Shown one piece after another: positions 47,738 through 59,102 of a stretch of 64,000 bases of DNA. This stretch comes from Vermamoeba vermiformis (Eukaryota), in the NCBI GenBank assembly GCA_045837725.1, contig JBEWZL010000276.1, positions 434,001-498,000 on the forward strand. Direction: 5' to 3'. A model generated the notes under the pieces. It ran no database searches and was not told where the DNA came from. It saw nothing but the letters and a program-made list of their open reading frames with translations. Made by a program: the position numbers and the translations under genes. Every line of letters begins with the position of its first letter. Position 1 is the stretch's first letter.

Positions 47738-50167
47738 TTATTGCGCACGATCCAGGGTGGTCTCTAACTCCTTCTTGAAAGTTGACATTGAACTGTGACT
47801 CTTGTACGACAAGAATGCCTTGAGCAGGACCACCTGAGTGTCTTGATCCAGCTCGTTCTCGTTGTGATTCTATAAATAGATGCGGTTAGTATCGGTATTT
47901 GTCTGACAAACGCCAAACCTGAATACTGACCTCCATATATTTCATGAATAGTAGCAATGCGAGCGAGGGGAATGTGAGGGTGAAATAAAATGCCTAAAAA
48001 GGCGATTCAGTTACGAGAATACGGTGTACGTGTTGCAAATGTTACATACCTTAGATTTCATTGATTTCTGTGCATAACATTGATCTACAATATCCATCAT
48101 GCGTTTGATAATGTTTAGTGCGAGATTTTGTTCCTCCGCTGCAAGAAATGGGGTCAGATCTTACGTGGTAATTAACCAGTCTGGTGCAACGTACCGAATG
48201 GCATGACGAGGTTGAACGCTCGGTAAGCAAAGCCCAGCATAAAGAACTTAATGTCATCAACTGCTTCAAGTCTCACATCGGCGGGCAAGTTGTCGCGAAC
48301 TGACGCGTAGATCTGGCCTCGCTTGCTGTTTCCAATGTATTTCTACTCGAGCAGATTAGCGCACGTTATATATAACCGAGGATATATTCTTACATTGACG
48401 AGACCTCGTGCTACATCGCTGACTTCGCTCAATTTGATTACATCCGATGTGAAAACCATGTCCAAAAAGGCAGACTTTTCATCGCTCGATTGTTCCTTAG
48501 TCAACATGATGAACTTGGTGTAATCGACAGCTGAGGCAGAGATATCTCCTAATTGGAGATACAACTCTGCGCGGAACCTGCGGAAGTTCTGTTAGTCAGT
48601 GTTAGACTTAGAATGACACGTGTCATTCAGCGTACTTTGAAATTTTCCTCAGACAAGTCTTCAGTTCATTCTCTTTCTTATTCACGTCGATATATGGGTC
48701 AATGTAGCTGCTATCTTGAGGCGTCAGACCGTCATTCAACGATTTGTATTCGCCTTCCAACAACTCTGCAATAATTCTCCTGTATTTTCCCACGCGCTCC
48801 AAATCAGTGTATATTCTTCGCATGCAGGTCTCTGACTCTTCAAGAGCACGTGTAATTCGGCCCCAATAAATCATCACCGTGAACGAGGGACCTACGGCAT
48901 GCGGCTCACAATACGTGCGTTGTAAAGCGTGCGCATAATCTTCGATCGATTCTTCGTCTTTGTTCAGTCCCGAGTAACACCTGCAAATAAAATTTCCTCC
49001 ATTATTAGCGACCAGATTAAAATTGATGTTGCACGACAAACTTACCAGCCACTCAACGCGCAGATCTCGTGGAGTTGAGGATTGATGGATAATATTTTCT
49101 TGACATATTCGATGGCCGTCGCAAATTCACCAAGCTCTGCGTGCATGAGCGCAGTGTTGTAATACGAGCGAATGTGATGTGGGGCCATTGTCGAAGAAAT
49201 GACGAAGTATTTCTTGGCGTCGTCGTAGCGCTGTTGATCGAAACAGACGTATGCGAGGTTGTTGTACACGACTGCTATGCGCTTGTAATCTTTGTGATGC
49301 TCCAAAATATATTCTAACGGCAAAATTACGTCAATTTCCATCCTTTGATAATTAATGTAGTTTCATTACCATAGTCCTTAATCTCAGCGTCAATGTTCTT
49401 TTCATCTTTTTCGGTGCTAAGAGTGGAGAATATAAAGCCTTAAAAAATAAAGTTAATGTTTTGTACGTGATACAAACAAGAATTTGGTTTACCTCTGAAG
49501 TGGAAGTAACGAGGCTTCGGATGCAGTTGAATAGCTCTATCGATCTGTTCATATGATTTTTGACATTCGTTCTTGAGCCAGTGTTGTTGTGCGCGAATAA
49601 AACAGCTGTGCGCTTCATCACGTGCCGTCTGTCAAAATAAGAATCAATTTGTATTCGGAACTAATTTTGATTTTGTTTTATATGTACCTTATGTGCTTTT
49701 CTTAAGTCTAATAAACCCCGCACAATCATTTCTTTGTCTTTGAAATTAAACGCGCGTTCTTGCAATGCATCTGGATCGCCCGGAAATAGAATTAACAGGC
49801 GTCCAATCGTTGCCTAACAATCGATAAATATGTTATCATTTTATAAATTATTTTCTTACTATTGCCAAGTCGTATTCTTGTTTATCTACATTGAATAATG
49901 CTGCGTCAAAAAGTCGATCTCTCTGCACAATGGTCCATTAATATTTAATTCAATAAATACTCTAAAGATATTGATAATAAATATTATTCTAATATTTACC
50001 AGCTTTAGAATTGGCGAAGATACGACGCACTTTCGAATATTGCGTGAAACGAAAGCAGTCTGGAATAGTTCTTCCGTATTTAAATACAATAATATTTCTG
50101 AAATAATATCGAACGGCAGATTATCAAATTCAATATTTGTTTGCTTGTTCTCGGGCTCGATCTCCAT
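47738..50167 (-). CDS. F-box plus TPR protein
   Basis: FDNLPFDIISEILLYLNTEELFQTAFVSRN (F-box). TPR motifs AVVYNNLAYVCFDQQRYDDAKKYF and SYYNTALMHAELGEFATAIEYVKKILSINP. Ends TLDRAQ*. Confidence 0.8.
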
Positions 50168-50329
50168 CTGGCGAAAAAATTATTCTTTTCGATTGAAAAC
50201 TCCTTCAGTTGCTTGAATAACTCTAATTGATAGTTACAGCACGCATGACCAGTTGACAGATCAGTAGACAATAAGAAAAAAAACCAATTTTAAATTTTAG
50301 TTTTGAGTTGACTTTGAACGAGAAACAAC

Positions 50330-51019
50330 ATGCTAAAACACTCAGCTTTATTGATCGTGGACATGCAAAATGACTTTGTAGACCCTCACCGAGGCACACT
50401 CTATGTGAAGGGAAGCGAGCACATCGTTGGAACAATTCGCGAGCTCCGAGATGCTTTCACCAAGAATGGATGCAAAGTGCTTTACTGTGGTGATGCGCAC
50501 GATCCAGAAGACGAAGAATTCGCACAGTTTCCAGCGCATTGCGTCAAAGGCACTTGGGGACAAGCGATTGTTAGCGAATTGCGTCTATCGGAAGATGAGA
50601 TCTTAGTAGAGAAACAAAAATTTTCAGTATTTTCGGTCGATTACTTTGCTAATATGATGAAAGAATTATTTGTTGACAAAATATTCATGGTTGGAGTTGC
50701 GACTGACATTTGCGTGCGCAACTCAGCTGTTGATGCGTTGCAACATAAATTTAAAGTCACCGTAATCATCGATGCTACTAAAAGTAAGTATTTAATGTAA
50801 TGCAATATGCAATATTATTTTAAATATAATAATTTAAAAAATTTGAAAAGTTGGTAAATTTTTACGATCGGATCTTGCTCCACAATCTAATCAGTATCTT
50901 TCAAAGGTGTGGAGCCTATGTCGAAAGTCAAAGCAGATCTTGAAGCAGAGGGTATTGAAATTGCATATTCGAAGGATATTTTGGAGGAGCTGAAAAAAGA
51001 AACTAGCGTAAACTCTTAA
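50330..51019 (+). CDS. pncA: Nicotinamidase/pyrazinamidase (isochorismatase superfamily)
   Basis: ALLIVDMQNDFV (catalytic Asp), GDAH and PAHCVKGTWG (metal ligands), EKQKFSVF (Lys) and GVATDICV (Cys). One intron at 50784..50906. Confidence 0.88.
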
Positions 51020-51170
51020 ATATGATTGCTTGTAAAAATTAATATTAATTGTAAATAGAACAAAAATAAACTGATTTATTACATGTTGAATTGATTAATG
51101 AAAGGACGGATCGAGCAGAAAAATAAACTAGATTCCATTCAATAGTCCAATTTTGCCGAACAAAAATAAC

Positions 51171-53477
51171 TTAGCTTATCTGTTCAATAGGAGCCTCGTC
51201 GAGCCACAACTTATGGAACAAGTTATAGAGTTCAGCAGACACAGACACTTTGTACGGTGTTGGGTTCAGTTGTCGCTTGTGGTCCTCACGAATGATGTCG
51301 AATTGTTTGCGCGAGTACTCGCGAACTTCTTTCAGTGAAGGCAGAGCAACCTACGAGAGGGTGTTAGGAGCGATGGGATAATGCGTGGATGTCCTTTACC
51401 TTCTTGCCCATGTCCCAGACCAAGTGATGCAAAGGCTCCACCGAGCTGGGTGTTACCTGATGATACGTGTCAAAACGGAGAACTGTTTCGAAGCTCTAGC
51501 AATGTACTTACATAGGCTCGCTTTGATTCGTCAAAAGGATGTCTGCAGAGAATGCTCTTGTTCACTTCAGGTGCCTCGTGACCTACTTCAATCATCATGT
51601 CCAAAATTGCTTTGCCGTTTTGACCAAACAGTCTGCCAGCAAGTTAGGCTACTAGATACTTGGCTACAAAAGTAGTGCAACATACCTGAAGGCTTCTTTG
51701 CGAGCAGGAATGGTCACTTTGCTAATGCCCTCCGACAACTTAAGTCTAGCCTGGTTATTGATGGAGACAAGTTTGTACACGCAGCCCAACGCCGGTTGTG
51801 CTTGACACGTGACCAAGTGCGTGCCGATGCCAAAGATGTCAATTTCGTGCTTTTGCTGATTGAGTGAGTAGATGGTTGTTTCGCTGATATCGCTGCTGGC
51901 ACAGATTTTGATCTTGGCAAATTCGGGCTTATTGTACTCCTGCGCGATCGACGCGAAGATTCTACGAGTCTCACGTGACAAGTACGCCAAGTCGCCAGAG
52001 TCCAATCGAATGCCCACGGGCGAGTACCCGAGTTCTATTAATGCTAGCGCAACGAAACAAAAGTTCATCACACCTGATTTGAGAGTGTTATATGTGTCGA
52101 CCAGGGCTAGATAACTATGAGGGAAGGCCAGAGCATACGCTACAATGACAGTGTTAGCAGTAATACGCTAAATTTAGCGATGAAGTAACTCACCAATAAA
52201 CGCTGCGAGTTCACCTTCGTTGGGGTCAGCGTTCAGCTTGAATTTGCTCTTGTATTTCAATACGATATCAACAAAGTCGTGCTCTTTGCCATCGGTGTCA
52301 ACCTAATTCATAAGTTAGTCAATGTATCTTAATTGGAGCAATTGCTCACCAAAGTTCGATGATGCAAGTCGCGGAGTGAAGTAAATGATGACACGAAAGC
52401 ATGAGCGTGAGTGCCTTAAACGTCTGTTAGCGAGTAGAGATTAAATTAAACAGTGATGTACCTGAAATCTCGATATCAAATAGTTGGCCAGCTTTTACGT
52501 TGCTCGTCTTGTCAAATCCACCAACAAAACAGTATCGACTCGCAGAAATGCCACCGTCTATAATGCATTAGACCCATCGTATTAAATTGAGTGCTAATTA
52601 CCAGGTCCTTGTGCTCTTCTCAAGCCGAATTCAAGCAATACTTTGTCTTCGCCTGCAGCATAGCGCATCCGCGCTGCATTTGTAGCAACCAAGCTGATTA
52701 TCGATTATTAGACTTGTCCTCATGATATTATTACTGAGCAAGTACCTCGGGTAATTGACAAGATTCAAAAGTGTCGTTTCTAGAAGCTACGATTATAAAG
52801 TTAATAAAATTGGTAGCAGGATCCAGATCCTTACCTGACCAACAGCTAAGGGACCTTCAATTCGTAATAGAGGAATATTGGGGAATGTTACTGAACCTTC
52901 TTTAAGCGCGTAGACTTTCAGCTTGCTGCAGTCCACTGTTGCTAACCAATCGAAAAATCCTTTGTCCGCGTGTGGCATAACGCGTTGCAAATAAGCGATA
53001 TCTTCCGCATTGAATTTATACGTGTCGATAAATCGCAAGCACTAAATTTAGCAACGGGTCAGCTTTTGATTGCAGAAAAGTAAATAAAATTGGTTCTACG
53101 AAATATTTTCTAATTTCAGCCCAATTATTACGCTGATCAATATCGTTCATATTTGTATTTTATTGCACTTACCTCTTCTAAGCCGCAAAAAATAGTAAAT
53201 TCACCGCCAAAAGGATTTTTTCTGAAATACAAATCGAAGACAGCGTGATCCTCGTGCTTTGAATTTTTCCAATAGCCATAAGCCTACAAAAAAGTAAATT
53301 TAGTGTCCATTCGCAGGCAGATCCAGCGGCGTAGGCGGGAAAAATCAAGAGACCCGATCTCCGTCCCCCGCTAATTCTGCGGGCTGAAAATTGCATTAAT
53401 ATTCCTACCATTGTTATTTGATAAAAGTCCGTCAGCAGAGGACTCGTTAAATTATTGACTGGGCGCTGGTGATCCAT
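51171..53477 (-). CDS. NAPRT: Nicotinate phosphoribosyltransferase
   Basis: [87 protein letters not shown] and [10 protein letters not shown]; about 10 exons. Confidence 0.96.
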
Positions 53478-53718
53478 CTGAAAGTCTCGTGATATCGTAC
53501 AAAAAAATATTTAGCTACGCAATAACGAGACTAAGAGTACTATAATAATAACCAATTCTTAGCTTCGTGGTATTACGTTCGGTGTGCAGTTGGAAAAAAA
53601 GCCTGCCAAAACTTCTTGGCTTACGTCAAACAAATGTTTTTGTTCTTGTTGTACATTCTAAACAATAGACCTTACACTGATTTGGATTGCACGATACTCT
53701 TAAGTGAACCTATTGCAG

Positions 53719-56700
53719 ATGGGCTTATCGCAATCATTCGTCAACTTGGTTCGCGAACAGAATGAAGATTATATAATATCTTTAATCGAGCAAAAGAAAG
53801 TCGATATTTTTGCACGAGATGATGAAGAACGCACTGCTTTACATTGGGCATCTGCTGAAGGTAAAAACCAATTTTCCGTTTTTCTTGATCTAATTTTAAT
53901 TGAATTGTCTATCACGTAAAATTATTGTATTCCCTTAATTGCAGTTAATAATACGTAATTTCTTATTTTTTCTAATTTTTACTACGTCGACAGGCAAGAA
54001 AAAAATAGCTTCTGTCTTAATTGACCAGGGAGTGCCAGTCAACTCGGTTGATAAGCATAAATATACGCCATTACACACAGCAGTATTTCGCAACCAAGAA
54101 GAGTCCGCAAAGCTGTTGATCCAAAAAGGAATTGATATCAACCTTCAGGACGAAGCAGGCATGACGGCACTTCATTGGGTAAGAAACTAATTTATATGAG
54201 CCTAATAAGCGACTAACATATTTTTAGGCCGTTTACGAGCACAATTACAGCTGCATGCAATTACTGCTTCGCAAAGGAGCGCGACTCGATATCAAGAATG
54301 AGAAGGGTCAAACCGTGTGGGACATTGCTCGTGGTTTGAAAAAAGCGCACAGAAATCGCGTGTTAGAGGCACTGCAAGCAAGCTCCTCAGTCAATGAACA
54401 AGGTAAGATCTGCCTCAAGTGGTTCATGAACAGGGAGTACTAATTTCATTAATGTTACTAAGGCTCAACAATGCTGTCTAACTGGAGTTCATTGACTACA
54501 AAAGAGATCTATTTGTCGAGTCTGTGTCAGTTGTGGGGTGCCATCAAGTTCATTCACCCGTACGTCGCATATCGCGATGACGTTGACTGGGATCTGGCTC
54601 TCGTTGAAACTCTCCCAAAAGTACGCATATTAAACATAATATCTAGCGACTAACACGCTCTAGATTCTTAATAACACCAACTTGAGTCCACAAGACTTCA
54701 AAGTGGTTATTGTCGACATGTTGAAGAGACTGAAAGATCCGAACACAATCGTCGCGAATCTCGAGCCCTCCGTTCAAAGGCTCGTGCAAACACCAAAGCC
54801 AAGCAAGAAACAACTTACAGCAGAGCAAACACCAACGAAGGCTGACAACCAATCAGCAGAGCCATTAGTCTCGTCAGCTGATCGCTCCAGCCCTATTATT
54901 CCTCGTGCCAATAAGACAGCACGACAAGAATCAACAATCCCCACTGATGGAAATGACTCTACTTCTAGCGAGCCTACCACAACACCTGCCACACCCGAAC
55001 CATCACGGAGACCAACTAGTCAACCTTATGTGGCAGTCATGTCTGACAACACAGGTGTCATCGTGACCACGGATTACAATCAATTCAATGACCCGCAGCG
55101 GTACAACGCGTTGTTACAGTCTATGTACACAGCCTTGAACAACTGCACGAGCGTTATTTTTGACGTGAGATGTCGCTCAGCTGAGCCATTGAAGAGTTCC
55201 AGCGCCCTGGCATTGTCGATTATGTACTACGAAGCCTTCAAGTTGTTTTTGACTGAGGACTTGTTCTTGCCTACCTACCGCCACAGAACATTCCACGGAT
55301 ATCCCGAGCACCGCAGAGGTACGATGACTAGTATGTATGCAATATCTCATATATCCGCAGGTTACTCGCACATGTTCCATCACGGCTTCATGATCACTGA
55401 CTGCGAGGTGTTGAGACCCGACGCGACCCAACGACTACAATTCGTTCAAAGTTTGCAAACCCCTGCCACACCAGTTAAGACAGGCAGTGCGAGTACTCCA
55501 GGCACTCCGTTAGCCACTTCTGGCTCAAATCCTAACTTGCTCGCATCGACTGAAGCACCCACGACACCAATGACCCCAGACAGACGGCAAGTCAACATTG
55601 GCACTCCAAAGACTCAGCGCAACACTCCCGCGGCTACACCGACCAAACCATTGCTCCCAGCTGGTCCTCAACTGCCATCGCTCAACAAATCACTTGTGTT
55701 TATTATCGATCAAGAAACACCGCAAGGAATCGTCGACATCGCTCTCGCACTCAAAGCTCAATACAAAGCTGGCATCGTGTATCAGGTATGTGGTTTGTTT
55801 TCATTTCGTATGATCGTTGTATGTAACTAGAGCTCTTCGCAGGCTGTGCCTGATGACTGTTACATCGACGAAGTGACCTCAGAGATGTATTTGCACGAGC
55901 CTGGCATTGCCATCTCTGTGATTAACTTGCCTCCTAGCTTGAAGGTGTTTGTTCGGCAAAACGAAAAAGTCAACCCTGACGGCACGATCGGCCTGAGACC
56001 CGACGTAGTTATCAAGCAGGAAAAACGTCCGTACCACGACAAAGACGATGCTAACGATGCCGCGTTGGCCGAAGCACTAAAGCTAGCTATTGAAAAGACA
56101 ACCAAAGATAATATCCCGGGTCCAACTGGAGGTACGTGTTATAATAATGTCAGTAACGTAGGAAAAAACACTGATGACACTTATTTTCCGCAGCGGTAGC
56201 GGCAATATTCCCAAAGCGAAAGCTTGACGAGGAATACAAAACAATGTTGTTCCCTAATGTAGAATATCGCTACCTGGCTTTGTTCAAGCTATGGAACATC
56301 GTTCATTACTTCTACCCGTACAAAGATCTGCTCGAGAAGCCATGGGATCAAGTGCTGGTCGAATCAATGCCCAAGTAAGTCTTAATATTGTTGCGCAATA
56401 TCTTGCGTATCTTGCGAATACTCCGCACTTCATTGACTTTTAGACCTTCACAGAGTTTCTAACTGTTGCTGTTTTTGACAGGTTTGAGGCGTGTACGACA
56501 CCGCTTGACTACGCCTTAGCGATCACTGAAGTAGTTAATAATATGCACGATACGCATGCCTATGTGCGTAACAGCGTATTATCTACTTTCACTGGCACGC
56601 ACGTACCGCCCGTCAAGCTGCGCACGATTGGCAATCAGACTGTCGTTGTGCAAGTCGAGCAATTGGGCCTCAATGATGAGCCTAAAGAAATGCAAGTGTG

Positions 56701-58589
56701 ATAGTTGAACATTTCATTTCGTGTCACTAATTAAGGACTCTTTTTGACAGGCTGCAAGTTGGGGATCTGATTCTTGAAATCGACGGCGAAACTGTAGCAA
56801 CTAAGCGAGCCAAGCTCGAAAACTTGATTTCAGCGTCAAGTCCTGCAGCGAAAGTGTGGCGCGTGGATACTAAACTATTGTCGGGTGCATTGGTAATGTT
56901 TCAAAATCAATTTATTGAAACGGTGTAAATTCAATTAAGTCTAATTTGACGTGTCAATCTATTTAGGGCTCTGTTGCTAAATTAAAAGTGCTGCGCGAAA
57001 TCATTAATGAATCAGGGTAAGATCCACTTTGATTGATTCTGGTTAACGCATGAAATTTAAATACAACATTTAGGGCCAAATCCGAGCTTACTCTTGACGT
57101 AGAAGTACCTCGTGTCATTCAAGCCCAGCAATTGCAGGTAAGCGAACAACAGAGAGCTCTCATTTGATTTTTTCTGCTCTTGTGTCAATATTTTTATTTA
57201 TTGCGGTCTCAAGTGATTTCAACTTTGTAAATCCATATCTTTGATGTCTGTACGCGCTGTTGATCCGTATATTAACTCTACATTTAGCCGTTGAGACAAG
57301 GACCTACGTTTGGACTCCTCGATAAAGTTGATGATAGCGGCAAGCAGATCGGCTACATTGACCTCTCGCGCATCCAATTTAATGTAAGCGGCCTATTCGC
57401 ATTATTCCTATTAGTATTTTTTGTAACATGTCGATATGTGCCATTTTTAGGAGGTCGATCCGTCTATGGATGCACTTTTACATACCAATTCGCTGATTAT
57501 CGACTTGCGTGGTTACATTAAGGGCACAATATACAAGTAAGATACATTAATTAATTCACATTATTCGATTCTCAACCGGATTTCACCGCAATTTGCACAA
57601 CGTTGGATCTGACTTGTTGGGATTCACAGATTGGCCCCTCGACTGGTCAACCGCAAGGTCGCAGTATCGCGTACCATTACGCCTATATTATCTTCTTCAT
57701 TGCTCGTTGATGATCTTCAATCAGGCTCAGTTGTAAACCAGCAATATTGCACTCCTGCAACTTTCACGCTGAATCTGCAGAGGTAAACGCGTTATAAACA
57801 TTAGCAGTAGGGGAATAACGTAACTAATATTAATAATATGACCAGCGGATCAACTTCCGACGCCAACCCCGCTCATTACCAAGGCAAGATTGTTGCACTC
57901 ATCGATACCGAGGTAAAACCTATTGGATGCACCTTTGCTCGACGTATTTAACGTTAATATTGCCAGACGATAAGCCACGGAGAACACAGTTGCTTGTGGT
58001 TGAAGGTAACAACGCTGAAAACATGATCCCGCTCTGTCATTTCACAATATCACTGTTCGACTCACATCAGATCGCGTTGTGAATTAACGCAAATTCTTTC
58101 TCTTTCGATTTCGCTTGCACCGAGATGTTAATCAAGCTTTACATCTGAATGCTAATATTCTGCTTATAACAGGCGTGTCGACCCGATTGTTATTTTATTG
58201 GCAAACCTACATCTGGAACTGTCGGCAACATCACGAATTTGGTCTTGCCAGGCGGCGTGGCTGTTGGTTTTACTTCAATGGGCGTTCAAGACAGAGTAAG
58301 GCACTTATATATAATAGTTACTATTTATTAAGGCTGCTTTTCGAACACCAAATTAGATTTTAAAATGAACAGACCCGTCAAAAATTTCAATTAAAATAAA
58401 ACGAGTGATATGATAAATTAATTTACGATTTATTGGCAGGACGGCTCTCAAGTACAGCGTGTTGGAATCAAGCCAGATCTGTTCGTGGAAGAAACAGTCG
58501 AGGCCATCAAAGTGAATCGCGACGTTATTCTCGAAGCTGGGATCGGACATTTCCAAACGAAGGACCCCAGTCAAGTTGTGCAACAGTAA
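53719..58589 (+). CDS. Ankyrin-repeat plus S41-family (tail-specific, PDZ-containing) serine peptidase fusion
   Basis: Ankyrin motifs RTALHWASAEG, YTPLHTAV and GMTALHWA. Then QLWGAIKFIHPY..DWD, YRYLALFKLWNIVHYFYPYKDL, HDTHA, a PDZ-like LQVGDLILEIDG, IGYIDL, LIIDLRGY, TISHGE, GKPTSGTVGNITNLVLPGG and QRVGIKPD. More than 15 introns; stop at 58587-58589. Confidence 0.85.
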
Positions 58590-59102
58590 TGTTACTCGAC
58601 TCGGATCCAGTTGCTCCTCGTAGTTCCCAAGCTACGGAACTTTTAGCGTCAACATAAAACCTCGGGAATTTAGCTGAATTGGATGTCTCACTAAAGATTA
58701 TGAAGGATAATAGGAGGCATTTGGCGACATTGGGTTCTACAGTGAGTTCGAACCAACACGTGTCAACTGGGTGATTTGTGGATGTGTCCCTCGAACGTTC
58801 TTGTGAAGTGACACGGTTCGTAGTAATGAGAAAATAGAGCATACAAAGAACTTCAATTAATGACGTGCAAATCATGATTCTCGCAGTGCATTGCAGCAAG
58901 ATGTGTCAGTGGTGTCACAAAATCTGACGTGAATGACAGGCGTGTCATCGAAAACTTATCAAAGTCAATTTTTTTCATTTCAGTTGTGACGCGAAGCTCT
59001 CAAACACACGTCACTACCAAGTGTTGCATCTGAACAAACGATTTTAAGAGCCAACTCTTCGCGCATTCTAATATCCATCCAGTTATTATTCCCGAAACGA
59101 AG

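Noticed and set aside
50330-53477. Phage-type NAD+ reconstitution system or bacterial contamination
   Set aside because: Both genes have spliceosomal introns and eukaryotic neighbours, and the enzyme pair differs from NARP1 and NARP2.
58664-58760. tRNA-like A-box (TAGCTGAATTGG) and B-box (GAGTTCGAACC)
   Set aside because: The T-stem and acceptor stem do not pair, so no cloverleaf can be formed.
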